Shown: piece after piece, positions 14,642-27,736 of the stretch
Layout of the letters: every line of letters starts with the position of its first letter
Numbering within the stretch: position 1 is the first letter of the stretch
Assembly (NCBI GenBank): GCA_001642005.1
Contig: LWCA01000162.1
Span: forward strand, 1-45,532
Source of the DNA: Intoshia linei
Taxonomy: Eukaryota; Animalia; Orthonectida
Direction of reading: 5' to 3'
DNA length: 45,532 bases
Translations under genes and position numbers: made by a program
The notes under the pieces: generated by a model
Databases searched by the model: none
The model's input: the letters and a program-made list of their open reading frames with translations, nothing else
What the model was told of the DNA's origin: nothing

Positions 14642-17600
14642 ATGGAAAACCGTACATCAAATGTGGAATCTATACTATGCCAAATTATTATAAATATTGT
14701 AAATCAAATGAAAAAATTATATCCTGGAAAATATGAAAGGTTTGCTGTGAATGGAGTGTACAATTATCTGGTTAAAAGCCGATTAAAAAATATATCTACA
14801 AACAATGGAATTTTTGATTGTAATTTATTAGACAAATCTGTATCTCATTTGCACAAAAATTCTCCAAATCCAGACAAGTTTTTTAAAATATGTGACGAAT
14901 TAATTTCTAAACGGTTTCCTTATATTGAACCATTTTTATATTTTTTGTACATTATGTCAAAAGACAATTCAATGATTGTATTTATTAACGAAATTTTTCA
15001 AAACACTAACGTTTTGGTTCGACAAATGTCCAATAATTCACTTTATATGGATTTAGTTGATAAACCCGGAAATATAAAAATTCGTTCTAGTAGCAATATC
15101 AATTTAAGATCTCATATTCAGCAAAATCGACGTGTTGTGTCTGCTGATGTTTCTACATATTTTAATAAATTGGACTTGGAAAGTAAGAGTTATCAAAGTA
15201 CATCCAACCCTCCTGAAGAACGCACTGGTTCCTCAAATTATAATGTTACAATTAATAGTGTTGATACTCAGTTTGATTTAGAATTGGATTGCAAAGATAC
15301 AAAAACTGTTGATACTATTCAAAATTTGAATTATAAAGAAAAAGAATTATCGAAACAATCCATTTCCAGTATACCTAAAATTTCGACTTCCTTTAGATCT
15401 GTTTCAGGAAGTATTGAAAAACATTTTTCCATTTTTGCTACAATAGATGAATGTGTACCACACTATCCGCAATTTTGTTTAGGCATAAACAATGATGTTT
15501 TGTCTAAACCTCAATTTTCCATGCATAGAGATTCATTTATTGATAATGTCCAAGAAGTTCCGGTAGATAGATATTCAGAAAAATTTATTGTCAATGAACT
15601 GTTTGATGCTTTTCACGGAATCGAAGGTCAATTTTTTAAATTAATATTATCAGAATTAGATGATACATTTAATGAGACGATAATGATCGTGAATCCTAAT
15701 AAAAATCATAATGTTTTATTAGAATATGCTCAACTATTTTCACCTATTTTAAATGATATTCACATTTTATTTTTATTTGTGACTCCTTCATTTGTATCCA
15801 ATAAATCACTGGCCATACAGCCACTATCTACAGAAATAAATGCAGTTATTGAAGACTTTTTTATTTTCCTTCAAGATTTGCAAGCATGTGTCAGCGAGCC
15901 TTTAACATTGCAAACAGTTTGGTTGAAAATTCAGTCTGTAATTCCACTTATATCTTTGTTGGCTAATCTAGTCAAAAAAATTTTTAACTGTAAAGATTTT
16001 TCTACCCCAAGTATAATAAATACTCTACACGAAAATATACGCTTGGGTTTTGTGCATGATCAGACATGTAGTGTATTTTTAAAAATAGTTCGTAAGGCAT
16101 CTGAGCCTTTTTTCTTTCGACTCAACAATTGGCTCATGCACGGCAAAATCCCTTATGATTATGGTATGGGAAATGATATTTTTATGGTTCAGAAAGACAA
16201 ATCTAAAACAAATAAAAAACAAAAAGATTTTAAAATTAATTGGAGTTCAAATTATAATTATACAATTATTGAAAAATGTGTACCTCGTTTTTTATCTGGA
16301 ATTATTTCCAAAATTATTGATACTGGGAAATATATCAATATTTTTAATGAATACATGTTCTATGCTAATAAAAATGATTCTCATTTTATTCAAAAATTGA
16401 CGGAGAAAAAAAATTTTTTAGATAATTCAAAATTTCAAAAAATTTTTATTGATTGCGATAATTTTGATGAAAAAATTTCTATTGCTCATGAAATTGCTAG
16501 TAATCGTTTGTTACACGTTTTGCAGAATTCTAATTTACATGTTCCTCTTAAAACCCATTTTGATACTATTTATCATTTTTTTTTATTAAATCGATGCGAT
16601 TTTCTTATCGGTTTTATGGACACTGCAATGGATGAATTGAAAAATCCAGTAAGTTTTATTTATCCATAAATAAAACTAAATATTTTTTATTATTTGCTAT
16701 TTTCGTTAGTATTGGTATACAACAGTGGTTCTCAACGGTGAGCCAAGTGGCTTTCAGGGCAGGAAATTTGTAAAAAGGGGGCAATTTGGGGGAAAATTAT
16801 TTTAGTTTAATTGTGTAGTGTCATGTCCATTATTATCGAAATATTGATTCATAAACAAGTAAAGAGTAGGACATTTAACTTTAAAATAAGAGTAGTGACG
16901 GTAATATGGATAATTTACAGATATGCACGAAATTAGGACATATAGTATAAGTTAAAATTTGGTCATAAATGAAGTAATCATTAGCCTAGGAATTTTAAAA
17001 TATTCGAAAAAGGGAGGAATTATAAAAAAGGTTGAGAACCAGATATACAAACTGTTTTTATAGTTTTTAGAATAGTGTTTCCCTAGTTAATAAAAAAATA
17101 TTTTACAATAAAATTGGCATAAAAACAATATTCATATGTATTTGTGTGATTAAGGGTTGTGTAAGATTTGATAAAATCGTGGTTTTCAAAAAAATATTTG
17201 AAAAAAGGGATTTTTCCCCTGAGGGTTTGAAATTGTAATTTTTATTAAATACGTGATAAGAGATAAAAATGAGATTTTTTAAATAATGATGTAGCCTTTG
17301 GGATAAATTCCTTACATCTGGCAACTTTGTAATAAAATATATTCATAAATATTGATAATTCTATAAAAATAAACAAAAGTTTGATAGGGATTTTAAGGAA
17401 ATAATTTTTTGAACCTAATTTTTAAAGATTTTGAAAATCTAATTCTATAAATTCAGGTTTTTAATCGTTAAAATTCTTGTTACGCACGATTTTTAACCGA
17501 CCTATTATAATTATAATAGGTCATTGTTAATATAATTATATATTATTTATAGGTAAACAAGGTATCCCTGTCACGTTTGGATATTTTGATGCAACAAGCG

Positions 17601-18563
17601 ATATACTCGTGTTGTATAAATAATATGAGCGAAAATAATATAAATGTTGTTCTATTGGACTTTGATTTGCCTCGTCAACTGCAACGTATTTTTAATGTAA
17701 ACCAAGACGAATATGTAAAATTGTCTAGTAAAGATACTGATTCTAAAATGGTGTTGTCCACACTAGAAGCAATCTCTCTGAACTATATTATTCCGTGGCC
17801 GCACAGTTTGATTTTAAATGAACACAATATTTGTTTGTACCAGTTAATATTTCGACATTTATTTTACTGTAATTATGTTGAACAATTACTTTTGGGTTCT
17901 TGGAAAAATATGGCCCACCGTTCGCGTCGAAAAATTAAAGAATTTGTTGAATTTGACAAAAAGAGCAACCTTTTGCGCTATTGTATGCTGCAGTTTGTGA
18001 GATCCTTTTATAATTACCTGACTACCGATGTTCTGGAGATTAAATGGGCATCGTTCCAAGTAAGGTAATATTAGCTTATAAAATTAGATTTAGAAAACAA
18101 TTCAAACAATTACTACTATTGATAGACTCATGGAAGCCCAAAACGATTTTCTAATAAATAGCATGCAAATGTGCCTGCTTTTGTCATCAAAAACCCTCCA
18201 GAGTCTTCATGCCATCTTTATGATTTGCGTTACATTTACAAATTACATGAATCGATTCAATCACATCTGGTTCAAGGAAGATTTCCACGAATCGACAACT
18301 GATTCCAGCCAAAACCAATCCATGGATAATCCATCAGTTCAACCTCAACCTATATTTGGTAATTTTAACGCTTTTAATATAATTTTTTAATAGATAGCAT
18401 TGATGCTATGGAATGCCTCAAAGAAACGGGTAACAACTTTTTTGATGCGCTTTCCGTATTCATCAAACATTTAAACCATGACTTGAGTAAAGAATTTAAC
18501 AGAAACTTGAATTCCTTGTTACAAACTATTTTGCCCATTTACGTGGTGGGATCACCAAGTTAA
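14642..18563 (+). CDS. TUBGCP2: Gamma-tubulin complex component 2 (Spc97/Spc98 family)
   Basis: Exons 14642-16648, 17553-18059, 18094-18358, 18394-18563. Motifs GIEGQF, ASEPFF..L.NWL.HG.I, KIIDTGKYINI, FFLLNRCDFL..FMDTAMDELKNPV, LEAISLNYIIPWP.SLIL, YQLIFRHLFYC.YVEQLL are typical of GCP2. Confidence 0.85.
16723..17042. mobile_element. hAT Buster-type MITE in GCP2 intron 1
   Basis: CAGTGGTTCTCAAC / GTTGAGAACCAG; TSD GTATACAA/ATATACAA. Inverted homolog at ~20167-20355. Confidence 0.85.
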
Positions 18564-18639
18564 TAAATAAACATGTACTTTTTTGTATCTTGTTCTTGGA
18601 TACCATATGTGAAGTATACTTTATACATTTGTATTTTTA

Positions 18640-19732
18640 ATGATGTTTCTCACTTCTTTCGAATTAACCCCTTACGTTAAAGATTCCGTGGACATTTTAA
18701 TGATATTTATGGTTATTACTCCTTATATTTCACAGTATCGCGAAATTTGTAATTTAAAATCCTGTCAAGGATTTTCACTTTACACTTGTTTTATTATTAT
18801 TCTTTCCAGTATACTCAGAATACTCTTTTGGTTCGTCTTTTATCTCATTTCCGTCAATTATATTTAGGATTATGAAGCCATTTCTTTGGGCTTTACTATT
18901 TCAAAGCATAGTCATATCTATCGTCATGTTTATTTTAATTAGAAAAAGCATACAATATAATACTCATCTGGGTAAAGCTTCCACTTTCTTTGGTAAACTT
19001 TTCATATTTCGTTTTAGTATTATTTAGATTTTGATAGGAAATGTTTTTGGAAATGGAATGATTTTAACAGCTACATTCAATGTACCTTAGTCATTGTTAT
19101 AATCCTCACCTTTTTTTGTATAACTTTATCAGACTTTGAAATATTTATTCAGCTTATTGGATCAATGGCTGTCGGTTTGATAGTTATTTCTTTTTACTAT
19201 TTTTAGGCATCGAGACATTCTTAGGTTTGCCACAATTGTACATAAATTATAAAAACCACTCTACACAAGGAATGAGGTTTATTTTAATTGATATTTAAAC
19301 ATTATAAAGCCACTCATATAAATGGTGTATAATTAATTATAATTTGGCTCGGAATTAAGTGAGATTTATTATATATATATGAGAAGGAATATTTGGGATA
19401 CGTATATTTACTAGATTATGAACTCAAAACAGATATGGATTACATTTCATATTTTTGTATGTTAAGTTTCCTTTCCCGAGTATAAGGCACTGCAGTTATT
19501 TTTATATTTAAACATTTAAAGTTTATTTTTGTGCGCAGATTATAATTGTTGTGTATATTACATTAAATGTATTTTTATTAATAGTACCAACATGCCTCTT
19601 ATATGGTTTTGTGGAGATGTATTTAAAACTTTATATTATATCAAATACAACGTTCCTGTCCAGTTTTATATTGGAAGCATTTTCCAGATTATTATTGATG
19701 TTTGTATATTATCTCAGATTATTATTTATTAA
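18640..19732 (+). CDS. SLC66A2: PQ-loop repeat protein SLC66A2/PQLC1-like (5 exons)
   Basis: PYISQYREI..GFSLYTC..ILRILFW, LLFQS, FWKWNDF.SY, ETFLGLPQLY.NY.N.STQGMS, W.CGDVFKTLYY, P.QF..QIIID..ILSQ. Introns of ~33-37 nt plus one of ~307 nt. Confidence 0.88.
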
Positions 19733-20166
19733 ATGTTTACTTTTACAATAATTTATTAATTCCAACCCAACTAAGTGGATTTCACAATAATATTAAGGCG
19801 ATCCTAAAGTAATTTTTAATCACTTTTAAATAGGTTAGTCGGCAGGTTCACTCTGGTCCTTTGAATATTTTCGTTACTCTTTAGCAAAATTTTTTTAATG
19901 AAAACTTTGTTTCTGTGAGGGTAAAGTGCATATAAAAAAATTTCTAAAAGTTAGACGTTAGGTTATTTTTTTAATTTCTATAAGTTATTAAAAACCTATA
20001 AAAACTCGCCTTAGTTGCACAATTTAAAATTTTTCAAAACGTACCAGACAACTGTCAAATAGATAATGTGTATTTTTGAATAAAAATGTGAAAAATAAGT
20101 TTAAAAAAACAAAGAAATCAATTGATCAGATTTTCACCCATATCTTTATTGGAATCAATAAATGGA

Positions 20167-21030
20167 CCAGTTATCAACCATTTTTTATAATTCCTATATT
20201 CTATAATCCAATCATTTCTTCATTAATAACCAAATTTTAACTTAAACCATGTCGTAATTTTGTGCATATTTATAAATTATCCATATTAGTAACTAATCCT
20301 ATTTTACTTGTTTATCAATAAATATTTCGATAGTAATGGACATGACACTACACATTTATTTCAACAATTCGTGTTTAACTTAGGAAAAACATTGTGGGAA
20401 TACACAAAAAAAGTAAAAGTAGAGTTAAAAAAGTTCAATTATTTTTGTTTTCTCCATTTGAGGTATTAACATCAATTCTTCTATGAACATTTATTCAAGC
20501 TTCAATAATCAAGTTGCAGGACCTCCTCCCTAATTTCTGTCTTCATTATTTCCCATGTTTCAAATAATAAGAATGAAGAATTTGACCTGCCCATAACCAT
20601 ACTTCTCTATTATTATTTAGGAAATATTGCTTCAAAACTTTGCTTGTTAAAACAAATAGTCGGATAAGTTCATCATTTAGATCAAGGGTCGGCAACCAGT
20701 GATCCAGAGAATAATTTTGGTAGCCCTTTCAGTAAATATGTAAATTATTTACTTTAAAATTATCACGACTAAAACCAGAAATTGTCATTTTTTCAAAATG
20801 TAAAGAATTTCAAACGCGTCCAATAATGTGATTTTTTTAACCTAAAGCACTCAATTTTAGAAAATAAAATTTGCGATGCTGCATCACAGTTGAAAAACTA
20901 CTACCAGTTGGGATTTTTATAAATAAACTGTAACACACAATTAAAATTTATAAAAGTAAAGGATATAATGTATACAATTTTTTTCAATATCACCATATGG
21001 TCCACAGTTAAAAAGGGTTAAGAATGCCTG
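20167..21030. mobile_element. Cluster of decayed hAT MITEs between the 3' ends of PQLC1 and EF-2
   Basis: Inverted copy of the 16723 family from ~20167; CAAGGGTCGGCAACC at 20683 after ATTTAGAT (family of 1032); GGTTAAGAATGCCTG ending 21030 before CTTTAAAG. Confidence 0.65.
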
Positions 21031-21102
21031 CTTTAAAGGGATAAATATATTTATTGAGTACATGTTCATTTTATAATCATAGGAAATAATAAATTTAATT
21101 GG

Positions 21103-24100
21103 TTACAGTTTATCGTTATAATCTTCAAATTTAGGCATGACCAATTTTAATCCTTTTCGTTTTCTTACGGTCATAACAATTGCATTTGTGGTAGAATCCT
21201 CCTTGAAAGGATCAACTTCAACCAAATCCCAGTGATCAAAAATGCATTGAGGGAAGGCTTGTCCTCCTGTCGCACTTCTGACAGCACCATTAAAACCGAA
21301 AGATTCGACAACTGGTAGATATGCTCTCAAATTAAGTGAAGTTGTCTCTGTAACAGGTGTTTCGAAAACGTGGCCTCTACGAGCATTCAAAGTTTTATAA
21401 ACTCCACCACTTACACTTTCAGGGCACTAAAAACAAATTAGATTTCATTAAAACTATAAAAAACTCTAATTTCAACAAGATAGACTGGTTCCATTAATCG
21501 TGGCTTAGCGGCCATTTGTGCGGCATAAAAACAATTCTTCGCAGTAGGGATAATTTGACCTCCTCCTCTGTGAATTGCATCAGCGTGAAGTGTAGCATCC
21601 ATGATGTTCATTCTAACACCTCTCATATTTTCATTACATAAAACTCCCTATAAAGAATATATAAAATGAATTAAAGTTAAAATACAGCTTTTGTAATGTT
21701 TTGGAAAGCAGCAATAACACTGTCCTTAATTTCGTTCAAATAAGAAACTCCACGAGAACAGTCAACAACCACGTTAGGTCCAAAAACATCTGGACCATAA
21801 CACCAAATCTTTTTAATTTCGTTAGAACCAAATTCACATTTATCGATCAATATTCGGCCACGTTCCTTAACGTCTTGTCTCAAAAATATTTCCTTGTTAT
21901 CAACTGCATCAGTAAAAGCACTGCAAAGTGGCTCAGCAGTCATAAACAATCTATTGTGATTATTAGGAGATTTTGCGAGACACGGAATATCAAAGGTGTC
22001 AATTATAGTTTCTCTAAAAAAATAATATAGTCAAATTTATAAAAAATACCTGTATGAAACGACAGGATCTGATTTTCTAATTTTTATTTTAGCGTGGTCT
22101 TCTTCTAAATCTTTTAAGCAAATTTCCAAATGCAATTCTCCGGCTCCAGCAATAACTTTTTCACCATTTTCAGCGGTTTCAACTTGAACCATAGGATCTG
22201 ATTTAGCCAATCTCTTTAATCCTTCAATGAGTTTTGGTAGTTCTGATGGATTACAGGCTTCAACTGCAACTCTGACAACAGGACTTACACTAAATTTCAT
22301 GGTTTTCATTGGTGCAGTGTCTGGGTGGTCCGTTATAGTTCCGGTTTTAATCAAATATTCATCAACACCAACTAATCCACAAATGTTTCCACATGGCACA
22401 TCATTAATGGCTTCGATATATCTACCCATCATCAAAATTGTTCTAAAATATAGACTTAATCAAATAGATATTATTAAAGTACCGTTGAACATTTTTGGTA
22501 GCCGAATCAGTTTTTTTTCCTCGAATGTAATTGGCACCCAAAATTCTTACTTTTTGACCGGATGCAACAGTTCCTCCAAATACACGACCAAAAGCGTAAA
22601 ATCTACCTTTATCAGTGGTTGGAACCATTTTAGAAATGTACATCATCAAGGGGCCACTCTTATCACAGTTCATAATAGATTGCGCAGTAGGGTCAGAAAG
22701 ATCACCATCATACAAAAGTTTTGCTCTGTATTTTTGAGCAATCACAGGAGAAGGCAAATGTATAACAATCATTTCCATAAGGGTTTTTCCAGCTGGTAAC
22801 CATAATCGCATAACCTCCTAAATAAGATATTTAATTTTAACTTCCAGTTAGACATTATAGTTAATTTATAAAATATATCAATACCTTTAATAAAGATTTT
22901 TCTTTAAGATCCTTTTGTTCAGAATTTAATTTTACACCAATTTTTTCAATCATTTTTAATGCTTCTTCACGAGGTTTCTCAAGACAACCTTTGAATATCT
23001 AAAATATTGATTTAATTGTCGGTCATTTTACATTTATTATTCATTTCATAGAAAGTAATTTCTATAGAAACTTTCCAAATCAATTCAATAAGCACATATA
23101 TATGTTAATATTTAAAAGAAAATGGCCCATGCAAAAAACTCTACACGTTCATTTCATTATGTGATTACTGTTAAATATATTTTATACTTTTTTACAAAGT
23201 TTGAAAAATTCATATATTTACTAATTCAGACTTTAGATCAGGCGTGGGGAACCCATTTCATACATAAGGCCATATTCCAATTATTTGAAATTAATATAAT
23301 AATTAATAATTTAAATAAATTAATATTATTATGCATGTTAACACAAAAATATCTAGATCTAATACATTAATCATTTAAAGCAACCATTCTCAACGGGGTA
23401 ATAATCGCCAAAACCATTTTTTATGAGTCCATGAAAAATTTTATATATGTAAAGAATTGAATGTGTGTTGCCGTATATTTAAAAAAGTATTATTAATAAA
23501 TAATAATAACTAATTATTAAAATATCCATCAAAATTTTTTGGGATTGCTAATTATAATAATGCTTGATTTCAAAAATAAGAATTTATAATTTAAAAAATT
23601 TAGGAATTTTTTCATTTTAAAAAAAAAATTAATTTAAGGCTTTGAATATGAACATTTTAGTGTCTGAGACTGATTTACGCCAATAGTAACAACTTTCAAA
23701 TCCGCTCCAGAAATAATATTTTTTTAATGATTACGCTGATTTTATTTTTAAAAAAATATAATTAGTTTTTGACCGTGAATAACTCAATGTTGGAAAATAA
23801 AATATGCAATGATGCATTACTCTTAAAAAATGGTTTTAACAAGTGTTTTTTAAATAAATAAAATACCATGCAAATCGGTTCTAGGATATATTTACAGAAT
23901 CCACGAGTAGAATCTCTGTCTGGTGTTTTTGACCATTTATTCGTTTTACTGTTGAAAAAATGATTACCCCAAAATCGTTTCATGAGTTTAGTATAATCAA
24001 CCTTAAACTTTTCGGCATACATTTGAGCAAACTGTTTCGTCGTAAATGCCCAACTTTGTAATCCTGAACCAAAACCAACGGTTCCATCTTGAGGATTAAC

Positions 24101-24870
24101 CTAAACAAAATTATATAAATAACTAATAATATTAAATTACTGATAAATCTCCAGTTGGACCAGACTCATCTTGATACGTCTGGATAATTGTATTGACGTC
24201 TCCACAGACACGTTCAAAAATTAGGTATAATTGTTCCGGAGTATATTTCAATGTGGTCAAAGCTAAGTCCATTTTATTCATAAACAAAACTGGTTTAATC
24301 AATTCATCAATGGCCTGACGCAATACTGTTTCAGTTTGTACACACACACCTAATGGTCGTATAAAATATAAAAACATTAATCTAATTACCGGATACACAA
24401 TCAACAACTACTAAAGCACCATCCGTCACACGGAGGGCTGCAGTTACTTCGGATGAAAAGTCAACGTGTCCAGGTGAATCGATTAAATTGACTAAAAAAT
24501 CGTTGCAATCTTCATATTTCGGTTGTTTCATGGTTTTCAAATCACCGTCATTAAATGTATAGAACAATGAAATGGCTCTAATTTAAGATGAAAATGGATC
24601 ATGATGGCAATTACGTGGATTTAATGGTAATGCATCGGTCTTGTTCATCTTTTCTAGTATCAGTAAACCTTGTATCTCCGGCGCGTTCTCCAGCAATAAT
24701 TCCGGCTTGTGAAATTAAAGAATCTGAAAGTGTAGACTTTCCGTGGTCAACGTGCGCTATTACTGACATGTTCCTAATATTTAAGCTATGATCCATAAGA
24801 TTACGGATCTGATCAATAGTAAATTTAACCTAGTAAAAGTATATTTAGACTTAATAAAAAATCATACCAT
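21103..24870 (-). CDS. EEF2: Eukaryotic translation elongation factor 2 (11 exons; first coding exon is ATG only)
   Basis: Exons 24870-24868, 24829-24615, 24577-24390, 24349-24141, 24100-23867, 22998-22885, 22817-22483, 22442-22050, 22013-21686, 21647-21465, 21426-21103. Motifs [21 protein letters not shown], diphthamide loop [15 protein letters not shown]-terminal DKL. Confidence 0.98.
23239..23672. mobile_element. Decayed hAT MITE(s) in long EF-2 intron
   Basis: CAGGCGTGGGGAACC after CTTTAGAT; second start CAACCATTCTCAACGGGG at 23381 after ATTTAAAG. Right end uncertain. Confidence 0.5.
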
Positions 24871-25090
24871 GGCTAATTATAAACGTATAACAGGTAAAAT
24901 GAATATACAATTTGAAATTTACAAAAACACGCTGAAAATAGATGAGCGAAATTGGGTTTGTGTATTCTTAACGATTATACATTTCTATTGACTATGTCTA
25001 GCAACTATCTAATATTGACAACGTCTACAAAAATGGTATTGGCGCAAAATATCATATTAATGAGTACAGGTAATATTATTGTTTGTACTT

Positions 25091-27438
25091 ATGAATTTGG
25101 ATAATTTTAATAATTCAATGATGTTTTTGTGTTTAAACATTGAAGGGATTACATTTTGGGGACAGCAACCTACTAATCGCTGTATAGTATCTTGCTTTTT
25201 AGGTTTTTAAATGATTTTCATCGTTTATTAAATTTAAGGAATACTTGATGATTACGTAATAGATGATACAAACAATTGTGTTCGTCTCAAAATACGAGAT
25301 GAAAGTGGAACGATGGAGTGTGATTTCTACGAAATTGTATATTTTATGTATAAAAATTCTTTAATTACATAATTAATTAAAATATTTAATTACTTGGTTA
25401 CAAAGTAATTAGTGTAGTCTTATAATGCATATGATCATTTTTTTCTGTGTGGGTAACTTTGACCTTAGGATCATTAATTTCTTAACTCAGTGTCAAAAAA
25501 AAAAATTTATGTTACGAAATACTTGATAGCAGATTCGCGAGGCCTAATATACAATTACACGCATTCCAACAATGTAATTACTAATTTGGTTAAAAAATTG
25601 TTGAAGTTTCTAATTATATATTTGGAATGCACTGTAATTAATATAATTATGCAAATAATTTTTAGAATACGAAAATATTATTAATTAGGATTTAATTAAT
25701 TATTAATTTTTATATTTGATATACATTTTCGCCAACCAAACCTTAAGACTCAGAACCTAAGTATAACATTGATTTTTATTCATTGTTTCGTCAAAATTTT
25801 AGGGTAATGTTAAGTTTTCTAGCCTTTAAATCAATTATATAGTTTTAAAAAAGGTAAATAAGAGTTGATTGTGGGAATTAGAAAATTATACTTTCAATTA
25901 AAAAAACAAATAAAACACGAATTTATATGTTTTACAGCTTATTTAAATGCTTTTCAACGTTCATTTTTAGTAAATAATTAATTTTCATTAACATGACCAA
26001 TTTAACAACAAATTGTTGGACAATTTCTATTTTGTTTTTTATGTCTTAACTATATGGCCTATATACGTAAATGTATGTAACATGGGGCACAACATTATAA
26101 AATTTTAATGCTTTTTAAAAAGTTTTGGCTAACTTTTATTATTTTGTGAAAGAATCAATTGATAAAATCATTATAAAAATTAGAAAGATAATTAACGGAT
26201 GGTTACTGAAATAGATACATAAAAATTATCAAAAAAAATCTAAATTTTTTTTTTAATATTTGTATCACAATTATTTTAAATGTAAATTTAATAATTTTTT
26301 ACATGTTAAATACTTAAAATATAATATGTCTAAATATTTCAAATCTGCAAAAATTCAAGGGTTTTCCTAAAGCCAACTTTTTGATAAAATTTTACAGATT
26401 TATTAACGAAAAAATCAATGATAGTGAATAGAGATTATGAAAATGCGGGTAAATCAATGATTAGAATTATCTTGTTAAATTAAGATTAACCAATATAAGG
26501 TGACTGATTTTCCAATACATTCGAAAAGTTTTCAGGTTATTTCTCCATTACCGGATTACTGAAATAAAATGAATCTTACTTACAATTTAAAATTTCATTT
26601 TCAATTATCCCACATTTAAATTTTAATTTATCAAAACTGCTAATGTGCCACGTTTGGCGCATGAGCCATAGGTTGGCCACCCCTGGGTTATTGAGAAAAT
26701 TACACTAATTATATTTTTTTCATTACTACAGATAAAATTTACAAATATTTCTTATATAAAGATGTATTATTTTTTTAAATCCTATTTTGCACTTGAAAGA
26801 TTGAATAAATAAACATTTTATTATATTTTTGTTTTTAATGTTTCGTGGTAGAAAGTATTCTAACTTGCACTGAAATTGAATTCTTTGGATTTTTAATTTC
26901 AATATGAAAAAATAAAAAATATTTATCATTTCGACGATTCGAAACAATTTTTTGACATCACATCTATGTTTATTTTTGATTCTGATCTATCAGTGAAAAT
27001 TTTTATTGTGCATTTATAATGAAAAATTGTTTTTATCTATTCTTAATGAATTCTTCAACGTAAAAATAATTACATTGTTTATTATACCTTATTATATTTA
27101 AAGATCATTTAAAAACTCATTACCGGTAATTTACTAGTAGTGAAAATTTTATTCGATACATTACTGGTAATGAAAAAGTCGGTAAAATTGAAACACTAAT
27201 AATAATGCTTATCAAATTTAGGATCGAAAATTAATATCATTGAAAAAGGGAATATGGCACAAGTATATTTTTATTGTTTAATTTTATTTACTTTGACAGA
27301 TTTGTTGTTCAGAAAAATCCCATTTCATTTAATTGTCAGTGCTTATCCGTGAAGGTGTGTAACGCTGCCGTTGATAGGCGTAAATTTATTAAGTTGCAAT
27401 CTAAATCCGAAACTCAACTCAAGAATCATATGTTATAA
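25091..27438 (+). CDS. SPATA22: SPATA22-like meiotic OB-fold protein, ~129 aa
   Basis: Exons 25091-25202, 25239-25336, 27222-27262, 27300-27438 splice in frame to MNLDNFNNSMMFLCLNIEGITFWGQQPTNRCIVSCFLGILDDYVIDDTNNCVRLKIRDESGTMECDFYEIDRKLISLKKGIWHKFVVQKNPISFNCQCLSVKVCNAAVDRRKFIKLQSKSETQLKNHML. This is colinear with the recalled SPATA22 C-terminus (NNS..IE..W..LD..RD..C.FYEIDR.L..L..G..H..QC.SV). Confidence 0.8.
26300..27198. mobile_element. hAT remnants in SPATA22 intron 2
   Basis: End GGTTGGCCACCCCTG (26685; same TIR as 411) before GGTTATTG; second end GGTAAAATTGAAACACTA (27198) with TTACCGGTAA-type subterminal repeats. Left boundary approximate. Confidence 0.55.
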
Positions 27439-27736
27439 TTAAATTATTTTTCTATTTTGCAAATTTTAATATCAATGAAACATTTATTTTTGTTCTATAT
27501 AACTACAGTTTCAAGTAATGCACAATTATTTATATTTCATCTAAATCCATTCCACTATAAAGTATTTTAGTAAATTTTCTCTAATAAATTACATGTATAA
27601 TTTAATTTAGATTGTGACATGTATTTATTAAATTTAGAGACTAAAAATTTTACTACTGAGGTTACGATAGAATCAATATAAAAATCAGTTAATTGGTATA
27701 CTGTCCACCTCGTGAAAAATAAAATTTAAATACAAA

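Noticed and set aside
21701-22799. Plus-strand ORFs of 109 and 190 aa
   Set aside because: Antisense shadows of conserved EF-2 exons; no independent motifs.
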